A program made the position numbers and the translations under genes. DNA of 64,000 bases from Callorhinchus milii (lineage: Eukaryota), in the NCBI RefSeq assembly GCF_018977255.1, contig NW_024704743.1:64854001-64918000 (forward strand), in the 5' to 3' direction. Each line of letters opens with the position of its first letter. Position 1 is the first letter of the stretch. Below the pieces are notes generated by a model, which worked only from the letters and a program-made list of their open reading frames with translations, was not told the origin of the DNA and made no database searches. This document shows, piece after piece, positions 22,484-35,200 of this stretch.

Positions 22484-23065
22484 GTGAGCACAGGCAGACC
22501 CTTCACTGTTGCAACATGCCTTATCCTTGCCCCCAGACATTTAAAGCCCATTTACTAATAATACTTATTTATTATTACAGTATTATTGTTACATTTAAAG
22601 CCCATTTACTAATAATACTTATTTATTATTACAGTATTATTGTTATTACATTTAAAACCCATTTACAGTCTTATTATTTTTATTATTGTTATTAATACAG
22701 ATTCGATGCAACAGAATTACTTTGCATTGGGGAGGATTTGAAATTTTGAACATCTTCCGTCACCCTTTAACCAACATAGAATGTAAAGTGTTTGCTGTTG
22801 AGATGACTTAAAATAAAACTTTTTAGGGTTTAAAATAAAACATGGAAGAGCTGAGCTGCCTGATATTCTTTATTTAAACTAAATTAATTGCAGGTCGACC
22901 TGAGCCAAATGGAACATTGCTTTAATGTGGTTGTGATATTCAGCTAAATGTGTAATAAGATTAAAAAGCAAGTCTGTCGAGAGTTTTTAAAAACTGCGTC
23001 AATGTGAGTTTTGCGGTCTTAAAGGCTTTTGAAATGATATATTTTTTAAACATTTATTGTTTCAG

Positions 23066-23179
23066 ATAACTCACTGGCACAGTCCACATTTCCATGCCTA
23101 TTTCCCCACGGGAAACTCCGTGCCGGGTATGCTGGGTGACATGCTCTCCAATGCTATCAGCTGTATTGGCTTTTCCTGG
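23066..23179 (+). CDS. DDC: DDC-family coding exon 2, duplicate copy A (this copy ends at the gap before exon 3)
   Basis: ttcag|[38 protein letters not shown]|gtaag. Confidence 0.85.
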
Positions 23180-24633
23180 GTAAGAATTTTAGAGTGCATA
23201 TTGCACACGTTTAAACATTCCTGTTAATAAAATTGCATTGAGACACTGAAATGCCGAATTCATGTATTGGAAAGGAGAGCAGTTTTGTAATTCCAGATTA
23301 TTCAATCCAGCAGGCTTGTAATGTTTTTCTCAGGTTAGCTTGAATTTGTAGCTATCCATTAATTTAAAGAGTTGCAAAACATTTATTTGTTCATCGATGT
23401 TTTGTAGAAATAAATTTACATTCATCCCAATGTCGATATGTGCAAATATCAGATGATCATATGAAATACATGTACAGTGCTCACTAACAGCTACAGTATT
23501 ATTGCTATAGCAACAGTGTTCTGATGTTTACTAATAATACTTATTTATTATTAGTGTTAATGTTACATTTAAAGCCTATTTACTAATAATACTTATTTAT
23601 TATTACAGTATTATTGTTATTACATTTAAAACCCATTTACAGTCTTATATTTTTATTATTGTTATTAATACAGATTTGATGCTATAACAATACTGTAATA
23701 AAAATAAGTATTATTAGTAAACATCAGAACACTGTTGCTATAGTGCAACCTAGGCACCAATGCAGTGCTGGGGAAGCCCTGTATTATCAGAGCTGCAGTC
23801 CTTCGTGCGAGACGTTAACCAAGGTCCCTGTTCAAGTGGATGTTAAAAAAAAATCCCATAGCACTATTCAAAAAGAAAAATAGAGTTTTCCTGGTGACCT
23901 GGTCAACAATTCCTGAGATAATTGGTTCATTCAATATTATAATAATAAAAAATTTGCATTTCACATCTTGTCTCAAAGTGTTTCACATAATTTACTATAG
24001 ACTGTATTTTTAGGTGAATGTATCCATGGCTGTTCTTGAGACATTGCTGCCCATACAAAGTACAGTTCCTAAACTTCACGGTCAAATTACTGTGAAGTGC
24101 TTTGAGACCTTATGCTGATGTGATAAGGTGCTATATCAGATGCAATATTATTATATATGCTCATTTGCCTACAAATAAACAATCAATACTCTTCACGGAA
24201 ACTTTTGAGAAGTGCTTCCCCAATTTGCCCACAAAATATATACAGTCAATTCACTTTACAGTATATGCTATGAAGCGCTTTGAGACATCTTGAAGACATG
24301 ATAAGGCACTAATATCAAATGCAAGGATTATTATTAATTTCAACTATCTATGCAGCAAAATAATAATAATCCTCCCAGTTCATATAGCGACTTTCATGTT
24401 TACTTTGTAAACAAATGCAGAAGCTAATTTGCACTCAGTAATGTCCACCAAACAGCCTTGAAGTGAATCATCTATTTTACCTGAGGGACTGTTGATCAAG
24501 ACACGAGGAGAAATTCCCTTTATTTTTCAAATAAAAATGAATAGTCTTGTGGTTAATTTTATTTTCACCACAAATTGAGATCTTTAATTTTATTTTGAAT
24601 GCTATGTTGAGAACAATGAAAAGTACAACTGAA

Positions 24634-24663
24634 NNNNNNNNNNNNNNNNNNNNNNNNNNNNNN
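24634..24663. other. Assembly gap (30 N)
   Basis: Run of N located at the junction between the duplicated blocks. Confidence 1.
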
Positions 24664-27600
24664 CATCAGCCTGCGGGGCGTGATAGAGAATGCTTTACTG
24701 TGGATGACGACAGCGAGAAACCCTCCTAATCCCATACCAATATATAGGTTTGGGAACTCTCTCAGTTTGGTTTGAATACTCTTAAGGATGGTGATAGATT
24801 TCCACATGTGCCGCAGACACCTGGTGGACCAAAACAAATGACTGCCACTGGGACAGTAATCTTATGTTGCAGTGACCAGAACTGTTGCAGCACTCGAGGT
24901 GCACCCTGACCTGAACACTATATAGCTTCAGTATGGCTTCTGGGTATCTTAACTCAACTGGTTAGCAATATAGCCCAGCATCCAGTTTGTTTTAAAGATT
25001 TTTTAAAGAAACTGCAAGAGGTGAATAGCGAAGGCAGAGATTTGCTGAGGTGAAGCCATGGTGGTATTTTAAACTCAGGACCAGCATCTTCAATTCAATC
25101 TGCTGGGATATGGGAAGCCAGTTGAACTGGAATGATTAGCACATGGAGCCTGATGTGGGACAGCACACAGGCTTCAAAGTTCTGGATGATCTGTATCTTA
25201 CGAAGAGAAGAGCTAGGGAGGCAAGTGAGCAGGGTGTTGCAATAGTGGAGCCTGAACTTAATGAAAGCATAGATTAGGATATACCATCCTCCCATCACAG
25301 CTACAAACAAATCCAGTATCCTGGTATCAACCACGCTTCCTGGTTCCAGTCCTCAATTACTCTCTGGGCAAAGAAATACTTCCTGATGTTTCCCCTACAA
25401 TTTCCCTCTGTAACTCTAAACCTGTGCTCTCTTTAATATGCTGCCTTTCCATATTGTTCTGGGTTTACATTCTCAATCCCATTTAAAATCTTATATAACT
25501 CTATAAGACTTTCTCTGTGGTATGTTTTTAAAGCTGAATAGCCTCAGCTTGTCTAATTGTTGCTCATATCCTTTACCACTGATGGTCATCCTTAATGCTT
25601 TCCTCCATACCTCCTCTGGGGCATGAAAGGAACGTCCTTAGGTCACAGTGACCAAAACTGTACCTAGGACTCCAGGTGTGGCCTGACGAGAGCACTGTTT
25701 AGTTTGAGCATGAATTCTGGGGATATGAAGAGCTGATCCGGCAATATAGCCAGCTTGCCTTGTTTATTGCTGATTCACACTGTTTTGACAAGGTAAGTGA
25801 TGAGTTAACTAACATCTCTTAGTCTCTTTCAGCTTCCCCCTTGGCAAGTTCTATCACATCCATGGAGTACATATATCTCCTGTTTTAATTATGTTGCACT
25901 TATCTATCTGAACTTGATTTGTCAGTGATCAGCTCATGTCACACTTTAATAAACTCTCTTGATAAGATCTTTGCTGCTTCTTTTGATTCCATAGTCACCC
26001 CCCACCCCTCCCAATTTTCTGTTATCTGTAAACGTAACTGCTCAGACTGAGTCCTTGAATCCAGGTCATTAATCTATACAAGGAGCAGGAGGGATCTCAC
26101 TATCCCTCCTGTTTCTTGTATACCCGAGGCATCCCATAAATCTCCCCTCATCCCTCCACTGAGGCCGAATTCCTCAAACAACCCTCTGCTTCGTTTCCAT
26201 CAGCCAATTTCAAAATCCATGTCCGTGTTTTATCATTGATACACACACACACCCCGGTCACTGACACACACCACTGGTCACTCACCACTGGCTCGTTGTA
26301 TAACCGAGGCATCCCACAACATCTCTCCCCACCCCCACTCCTGCATTTTGACTTAATTCCTCAAACAACCCTCTGCTTCATTTCCATCAGCCAATTTCAA
26401 ATCCATGTCCATGTTTTATCATTGATGCTTAGCACCAACAGTTTATGAAGGAGCATTTCATGATGTTCTTTGTCAAACCCCTTTTGCAGTTAGATATACA
26501 ACATCATATGGTTTCCCCACAGCCATCCTGTTACATTGCCTCCTCAAAAAAAAGTATATGAGGTTGGTCAGGTAAGATCTACCCCTTCTGAAACCATGCT
26601 GTCTGTCATTTAATACTTTATTTTTGTACTTGTTTTTTGAGACACATGCAAAAAACCCCATCACCATGCTTAAAAAGTATGCAAACCAAACTGATTCCCT
26701 ACCTACACATGTAAATTCCCGAGATAGAATGTTGGAATGCTCGCCACACTCTCCCCCTGGAGGGATGCATCCTGCTTACCTACTTCTGGAAAGTTTTATA
26801 GGCAGGTTGGCAAGAGCCAAAGCTTGGGGACCCCCAGAGTGTGATTTGGGGATACAGCTGGAGACTAACCAGCTAAAACCACTTAGCTTGCCATTGATAG
26901 CACCATCTGGCAAGCTTTCCTTGGGCCTGTTAGTGCTTTGCCTTACAGGGTTAACAGGAGCTGAAGGGGAGGATTTCCTGCTACCAGTGACCAGTCTGTC
27001 CTAATTACAGCAGTGCCCTGGAATACTGTGGACCAGCCTGACTTAACAATTGGACTATTGAGTTCGCCACAGAGGGCCGGCTCGATTCCAATATTCTGTT
27101 GCCCAACATGTCACCTTGGAGCCAGTTCAGCTCCAAGGAGCCCTTGCTTATCCTCCAACCCCCAAACTCCACCCCCAGAAGGATAGTCACCAGTTAGTCG
27201 TTCAACATCCGACAAATGCAGGTTTAAGGCCTCATTAGGTAAGTACTAAGAACTTCCTATGAGCCTCCCAGTGGGCAATGCAGCTCAGTATGAAATGCGT
27301 GAGAGCATTTCCACCAACTTCCTGTCCACAACTCAGGCACATGTCCCGTCCCATTGAGCAATGGTTCCACCCAGTTGGAGTACAGAGTTTAATCCTCTGT
27401 GCGGGACAAACCAAGGTGGATTCCAGGCGCTAGATGTAAAGACGTATGTTCACTCGGATTCCAGGTAACACCTTACAGCAGCTGTCACCCCAAGCCAGAG
27501 AGTTTCCTCATCAGCTATCTGGAAGATTTCAGTATGGTGGGAGACCTTTATAGGACCTCTTGTGACGTGCTAACCACCTTGATGTTCTGGAAATCCATCG

Positions 27601-29072
27601 AGAATTACTAGACTAGACTTACTCAGCTCCAGCTGCTTTCTTCGGGCCCTCATGTGAGGCTCCTTGGCAAATAAACAAGCTCACTGACTCAAGCCTCTGG
27701 GGTGCTTATCGAGAGGTCAATGCAGACCGGAGCCAACCTTTCCTGCAGCAGCTTCGGCGTGTTTGCCACAAATCCACCTCACTGCTTGATCTGGGACTTT
27801 GCAAATGCTTCGGATTATTGAGGTCAGGCTAATGGGTCTGTAGTTGCCAGGTTTGGTTCTGTCACCTTTCTTTGATATAGGAAGCACATTTACTTGCTTT
27901 CAGTCAGGTGTAATTTCACCCATGGTGTGCGACTCATGGAGTCTAAGGGAAATATAACGAACAGCATGATCAAAGAGGTAGATCTTGGAAAAGGACCTTG
28001 AGCAAGCATGCGGGAGGGACTCCAAGAGGGATTTCCAGTGAGTCGGGGTAGAAAAGCTGAAGCAGAGCTTTCTATGAAAGCTATTAAATCATTTCATAAT
28101 CATCTATAAAACAAACTCTTAGATCGCTCGGCTCATGTACTCCTTCCAGTTCTACTCCCAACCATTATTTTTCCATCTGCAGCAGTGCGACTGGTGGCTT
28201 TTGGCTGGTGAGGTTCACTTCCTTGGACAATCTATGAGTTTGCCTAACCGAACCAACATGTTACCCATGGCAACAACAAAACCAACAAAATTACCAAGGC
28301 ACTGGACAGACATAGTTACAGATTCGAGCTGAGGGTCGGGGTGTGGGGAGGGCATAAGGGGAAGCAGGGAGATCAAAAGCACGGTTGAAGAGGAGGAGGT
28401 CTTGAGGTAGCTCTTGAAGGTGGCAAGGGAGGGGGGTGTTAGATCCGCGAATTATGTGTCTGTATCTGGAGAGAAAAAATCTGATACAAGTAAACTTAAG
28501 AAACAAAGAATGGGTTTTTATTTCTACTTGTATACAGGAGCACACAATTGTTCCCGTATACAAATAGGATCTAATGTCTCCCTGTCAGACAAAAGATCCT
28601 CTTCTTCGGTACCATTAAGTTTTATACAAGAGTACACAAAATACACAGAAGGGGTGTTTTTCCTTACAGACCAATCAGGTTTGCTGCATGCGTTCCCACA
28701 CTTCTTGCTTCAGCTTGTTTCAACTGTACTAATCTTGCAGTTTTGCTAGAAGGCCATTTCTATGTTATCACCCGCCGTTCCTTACACTGTGGCCTTCAGA
28801 TAACGGGATTCTACAATAACAAGTCTAACCTACTTACTTATGTCTGCTTAAAGGCGTTTACACAGCAATAGGCCAGGGCACAAGCTACGATATACAATTA
28901 AACATACCATAACATCTTTTTCCTCTATCATTCCCTCCTTTTTATGGTATTTTAAACTGATATTTATGTCCTTTTTCTGTGCATTACATGCAACCTTTAA
29001 GCATAACATCAGTAGTCCCGATCCTTCTGCAAGTACAGGTTTTAGATCAGACACATCACAGGTGCTTATAGT

Positions 29073-29618
29073 TTACTCATTCTGCAGAAAAAGTTTTCCC
29101 AGGTGCATATCATGCAATCCTCCAGTGCCTTCTTCAAGCAAGCTAAGGTTGTCCTCACTAGTCATCATAAATGTGGCGGCAGGAATCATCTTAGAAATAG
29201 TACCCCGAATAAGGGGAATAATACAACAGCAGCACAGCATGAGAACAACTATTACTATTAACAGGTACATACCCAATTTCCATAGCCAAGCTCCCCATCC
29301 CCATTCAGAAAGCCACTTACTAAGCCAATCAGAGGGTCTCTGGGGTTCCTTGATGGCAGACCGCATGTGAGAGATGACATTTGTCAAATTTTGATGGCCA
29401 TCAGGAATAAAGAAACAGCAACTAGTCCCGAGCATTTTGCAAACACCTCCTTTCTCAGCCGTAAGCATGTCTATTATCAGACGATGTTGTATGATTGCCT
29501 TGCGCATGGCTCCCATTTCCCCATCTATGATCCCAACTGCTTCTTCTGTTTCATTAGCCAAGGCATGTAACTGAGTCGCTAACCCATTAATTTTTGTCAA
29601 GGCACCAGCAGTGCCCAC
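29073..29618 (-). CDS. env: Env TM subunit, open frame of 181 codons in copy B (no signal peptide; frame begins at GTG)
   Basis: GTAGALTKINGLA...QHRLIIDMLTAEKGGVCKMLGTSCC...membrane anchor...cytoplasmic tail. Confidence 0.8.
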   Translation of the reverse strand: MGTAGALTKINGLATQLHALANETEEAVGIIDGEMGAMRKAIIQHRLIIDMLTAEKGGVCKMLGTSCCFFIPDGHQNLTNVISHMRSAIKEPQRPSDWLSKWLSEWGWGAWLWKLGMYLLIVIVVLMLCCCCIIPLIRGTISKMIPAATFMMTSEDNLSLLEEGTGGLHDMHLGKLFLQNE

Positions 29619-29619
29619 A

Positions 29620-30299
29620 TTAGATATTCACATGCTTTACGGTGGACAGGGGAACAACGTGCAGGCGGGAACTCATTTGCTGACAAATCCAGCAGTGTTT
29701 TGTTTCGAGGCTTCCTGCCTGGAGTATCGAAAGTGCGCAAGCATGATTATCATTGCAAATGCTCAGGGCCCGAGTGGCCGATTGAATTTTTTGTTTGGTT
29801 AATGGCCAATCATCCTCCTCCCCAGAGACTGCCATTTCCTCAATCAATTCTTCCTCCTCAGAGGTGGGAACTTTTGTGACTTCTGTAATTTTTGATTGTT
29901 GGGAATTGAGGACATTGATTACAATTTTTTGGTATAAATCCCCATAAGGTCTTTCTATACCACACCACCAGGTGCCTGCATCCGAATCAGACAGCTGTGT
30001 TATCTGAACTCTTGCCCCATCACTGTTTTGTATCTTTGAAATTGAGAACCGAGACCCAATCGAGTGGCCTCGGCGTGTATTGGCCACTACCGAGTGCCAA
30101 TTGTAGGGGCCACACGGATGTTTGCAGAAATACTTTTCATCACGCTGGTGGCGGAAGTGAACTTTAGTTTTACCGAATCCCTGTAGGGCCTAGGGTTGCA
30201 GTCGAAGGAGATGGTGCTCCCTTTTTCCCCTGAGACATGCTTATCTTCGTTTGCTAGGACAAGACTTCCCACTCCTGTTAATAATAATAATGTAAACAT
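29620..30299 (-). pseudogene. env: Ig-SU env ORF, copy B (1-nt deletion near 30173)
   Basis: Split into ORFs 30087-30299 and 29620-30087; TACCG versus TACCCG in copy A. Confidence 0.8.
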
Positions 30300-30410
30300 G
30301 GCGGGAATTGGGCAGTTACCTGATACCCGCAGTGTTTTCTTGAGTCTTCACTGGGTTGAGGTGAGCGTATCCTTGTGCATACACCCCCCTTTGTAACCAG
30401 ACTTTAACAC

Positions 30411-32261
30411 TTACGTGGTATTTTCCTGTCCAATTCCCTCTGTTACCTTTTTACAATGTGTCAAATGTATCCAAGTAGTTCTTTCTGCAATTTTAACAGC
30501 GGTGGTGGGAGTAGTCAGGAGGACTTGAAACGGTCCCTTCCATTTAGGGTGATGCCAGGTCTTTCTTTTTACGTCTTTAATCAGGATCCAGTCTCCCGGT
30601 TGCAGCGAGGGGACCAACGATGTCTCGGTGATAGTCTGAGGGGGTAGAATATTAAGCATTTCTTTTTTATTAGATAGCATGTTTCGCATGTAGTCGGCTG
30701 GACATGCTTCTTTAACTGCCCCTCGTTGTCTCCCAACTGGGGAATGCGATAGGCTTTTCCCTGTACTATCTCGAATGGTGATAGTGGTTTATTCCCTCGG
30801 ACAATGCGCATGCTAGTAAGTGCCAATGGCAGGCAGGCTACCCATCCCTTGCCTGTTTCCTGCATTGCCTTTTTTAATTTATTCTTAAGTGTACCGTTAT
30901 GTCTCTCCACTAATCCGGCTGATTGAGGGTGGTAAGCGCAGTGCTTTTTCAGTTTTATGCCTAATTGTTTTCCGACGTGATCAAGGACTGCATTTCGAAA
31001 CTCGGGTCCATTATCACTATATAGGACTTGAGGTATTCCCCACCTCGGTATTATCTCGCGGCATAATATTTTTGCTACCGTTAGTGCGTCTATTTTTGCG
31101 GTGGGGAATGCCTCCACCCACCCTGAGAATGGGCATATCATTACCAAACAATGCTGCTTTCCCTCACTTGGCGTCAAGTGAATGAAATCCATCATCAAAT
31201 GAGCAACTGGCTCTGAGGGGGGGAGGGTATTTGTCCTTTTGGGCATTTTACTCCTCCCTGTGGGTTGTTTTGTAGACATGTAAGGCACTTTTTACAAAAT
31301 GTTTTTGTATAGGATGAGAATCCGAAGGTTGTATATCTACCATTTATCATCGATACCATCCCCCTTTTGAGACATGACATTTACCATGGCTCAATTCCGC
31401 CGCAATAGGGAAAAGTGCTTTGTTTACTGCTTGGATGTCCTGTACCAATCGCCACCCGACGGAGGGAAGGACTTTTTTTACTGGAAAGAGTGGGGTGTTA
31501 CAAGGGGAATCAGGACACGGAACAATGACCCCTTTTTCTTTTAATTCTTCAATAATGGGTTTAATTCCTTCATGTGCTTCCGGCGAGATGGGATACTGTC
31601 TTTGGTATGGTCTGAAGGTGCTTTTAGGGTTAATTTTAATGGGCTCTACTCCCTGCATTAACCCAACATCCGCCGGACCCTGTGACCACAAAGATTCTGG
31701 GATTTGGTTTAACGCTTTTTCCAAATCTGCACTGAGCCCGATTAGTCACGGTCTCGCAGGGGGTCCTCTCATGAATCTTGCCCGTATACAATGAGCCACC
31801 CAATTCAGTTGTCTGGAGAATACTTTTCCCTTTTCTGAATACCAGATACCTGGTTTTCCTGTCTCCTTCCAATCAGTCAGCCTCCTTCCCTTATCGACAA
31901 ATACTCCCACATTTTCCCATTCCTCCCCAACGGCTTTAGCCACTGAAACATGGGGAAAAGTTTCATTTTTATAATTTAACTCATCCTCGGGCTGCAGAGC
32001 GACCAAACATCCCATTGTGGAATCGTTCCAGAAAATTGTTTTCAAGGTAATCCGAGTAGGGCTTTTTAATTTATCTAATAATTCTTTAGTACTTTCGGGC
32101 TTCAATTTACCATCAAATCCAAACTTCTTTCTCCACATGAATTCTGGTTTCCCGCTCCCCGTAACTACGGCCTCCATACGTCGGCCATTAGGAGACAATT
32201 CCACTTCCTCTACTCGCTTACAACACGTACAACAACCCCCTTTACTATTTCCATTGCCCAT
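30411..32261 (-). pseudogene. pol: gag/2H - partial RT - integrase region, copy B
   Basis: ORFs 31746-32261, 31347-31724, 31195-31380, 30581-31288 and 30411-30689. The frameshifts fall at homopolymer runs. Confidence 0.88.
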
Positions 32262-35200
32262 GTTTAATTGTATTTGACTTATCTCAATCAGACACTCGTT
32301 ATTTGCATATATATATATATATATTTGTTTCGGGTAGTCCCGTCACTCACCCACTCTCCCGGTTTGCCCCCAGACCGGCTCCACAACTCACCCCACTTGT
32401 ACGTCGAGGACGACTTTCTCTAAGGGGGATCCTCACCGTTCGAGGCTGTAGAGTGTGCGAGCAAATTATCCCAGATAATTCTTGTATACGGCCTTTCGAT
32501 CCTTCTCGATCTAGGTTCGCCCAGCGGCGGGTTGTCCCGGACAACTCACGTATACAACTACTGGTCTGGCGGGTTTACCGTAGGGTGCGATGAGATGTTG
32601 GGATCCCGGACGAGCCCCCAATTGTTAGATCCGCGAATTATGTGTCTGTATCTGGAGAGAAAAAATCTGATACAAGTAAACTTAAGAAACAAAGAAAGGG
32701 TTTTTATTTCTACTTGTATACAGGAGCACACAATTGTTCCCGTATACAAATAGGATCTAATGTCTCCCTGTCAGACAAAAGATCCTCTTCTTCGGTACCA
32801 TTAAGTTTTATACAGGAGTACACAAAATACACAGAAGGGGTGTTTTTCCTTACAGACCAATCAGGTTTGCTGCATGCGTTCCCACACTTCTTGCTAGAAG
32901 GCCATTTCTATGTTATCACCCGCCGTTCCTTACACTGTGGCCTTCAGATAACGGGATTCTACAATAACAAGTCTAACCTACTTACTTATGTCTGCTTAAA
33001 GGCGTCTACACAGCAATAGGCCAGGGCACAAGCTACGATATACAATTAAACATACCATAACATCTTTTTCCTCTATCAGGGGGAGACTGAGTGATTACGG
33101 GATGGAGTTCCAGAGGGTGGGTGCAGAGTGGTGGAAGTCCCGCCCGCCGATAGTGGGGCAAGCAAGGTAGGGGATGTGAAGCCGGCCAGAGCCCGCTGAG
33201 CGGAGAGAGCGAACAGGGTGCTAGGGGGTTAGGAGGTCGGAGTGGTAAGGGGGGGAGCAAGACAGTGGAGGGCTTTGAAGGTGAGGATCAGGATCTTGAA
33301 CTGTATCCTCTCTGTGATGGGAAGCCAGTGGAGTTGGGCAAGGATGGGGGTGATAGGGTCGCGGAGCCAAGTGCAGGAGAGGACATGATCTGCAGAGTTC
33401 TGGATGATCTGCAGCCTGTGGAGGGAGGAGTTGGGGAGGCCGACAAGCAGTGAGTTTGCATAGTCAAGCCTTGATGTAATGAAGGTGTGTATGAGGGTTT
33501 CGGAGGCCTGCGGTGTGAGATGGTGTCAGAGCCAGGCAACATTGCGGAGGTGGGGGAGGCAGAGCGGGTCATGGCACAGATGTGGGGTAGAAAGGATAGT
33601 TGAGGGTCAAATAAGATTCTGGATTGGCTTAGCAAGGTGGTGTGTGCAACCATGGATGGTGATGCTGTCAGCACCTGAGGTGAAGACTTTCTGCACACAC
33701 AATGTATTGCCTTTTCTCCCATTGGCCTTTGCTGCTTCACTGACACTGATCTGCCCTTCCTCCCTCATCCAATTTGCTCAGCTTCTGCTCGCTGGTCTCG
33801 CAATACTCGCTGGCGAAACATAGAAATTCTAGTTGAGGCAGTGCTTCACTTGCCTCACCTGATGAGCTGCCACTAATCTGAAGTGTACAATCTCACACTT
33901 TGCGATGTTAAACTGCATCTGCCATAGTTGTTTCCACTCGCTTAATCTGTCGACATCTTTGCAATGTTTGCCTGTCCTTTTCACAATTTACAACAGCTCC
34001 GAGATTAGTGTCACCCGTAGAGGTAGTCCCTTCCTGGATTCCTGTATCCAGGTCACTATACAGGGTGAAAAGCTGTGGCTCCACCACTGATTGGTGGGGG
34101 GCGCCAGTTGTCACTACTTGCCAATTAAAGAATGTCCCTTTCTCCGAACTCTCTACATTCGATCTCCCATCTAATTTCTTATCCATCTCACAATATTGTC
34201 TTCAGCTCCATGTGTCTGAATCAAAGCTAATAATCTTTTATGTGAGACTTTACTTGCTGAAAATCCATTTACATTTACAGAACATCCATTGATCTTACCC
34301 CTTTTATCCATCACCCCAGTGGTTCTGTCAAACAACTATTAGATTTGTGAGACATGAACTACATTTCACAAACCCATGTTGGTGCTCTGTGATCTGTGCA
34401 TGTTTATCCAAATGGTCAGTTCTAATGTGTCTGATGTTAGATTCAAGTAATCTGCACCTCACTGGTGTTTTATTTTGTTATTATTGTGGTCACTGTAATT
34501 TAATGGATCAACTACTCCCAGTTTATATGTTGACTGTATGAAGTCAGTACTAACTTCTCACATACACATTCACTACTATCATGAAGGGAGTTTCTCCTTG
34601 TATGCTCCCGACGTGAAAAGCACTATATCAATTGCAAGGATCATTATTATTATCCTGGCTATTTTGCATTATGTTTTACATACCTTCCTGCTTTGCACAT
34701 CTCCAGTATCTCTTAAGTACTAAATTGGATTTGAAAAGGAAGGTTTTCAGGCGGGACTTAAAAAAGGTAGAGAGGAAGCAAGATGGAGGGATTGAGGAAG
34801 AGTGTTCCACAATTTCAGTGAGTAGTGGCTGAAAGCGTGACATCGAACGGTGGGGCGGAGGGTGCAAGGGACGAGCAGGAGATATGTACCAGTCTAGCAG
34901 AGGCGCAGGTTGGTGGATTGGGGAGTGAAGAGATCGGAGAGGTAGGGAGGAGACAGGGAGTCAGGGAGTAGATTTTGAATATGAGTGTGAGGATCTGAAG
35001 TCGATCTGTTCGGTAAAGGGGAGCCGGTGGAGCCTGGCCAGAACTGGTGAGCTAGAGGAATGGAGTTTGGTGCAGGTCAGAATGTGGTCAGCAGAGTTCT
35101 GAATAAGCTGCATTTTTTGAATAGTGGAGCTGGGGAAACCAGCGAGGAGTGCGTTTGTTAATCCAGGCGGGAAGTGACAAACGCATGCACGAGGAGTGAA

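Larger units (their letters stand above)
4130..24633. repeat. Copy A of a ~20.5 kb direct duplication
   Basis: Collinear and near-identical with 24751-45263; the same ORFs recur at an offset of about 20.6 kb. Confidence 0.97.
28437..33078 (-). mobile_element. Endogenous retrovirus copy B (3' LTR 28437-28930, PBS 32603-32620, 5' LTR 32623-33078)
   Basis: Same flanks, same LTR-LTR differences and same internal deletions as copy A, so this is one integration represented twice. Confidence 0.96.

Noticed and set aside
24664..24750. Novel insert at the duplication junction
   Set aside because: It sits at a contig end beside the gap and degrades into the copy A sequence; most likely low-quality read end.
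28437..33078. Second independent ERV integration
   Set aside because: Flanks, target site and LTR differences are identical to copy A; it is part of the large duplication.
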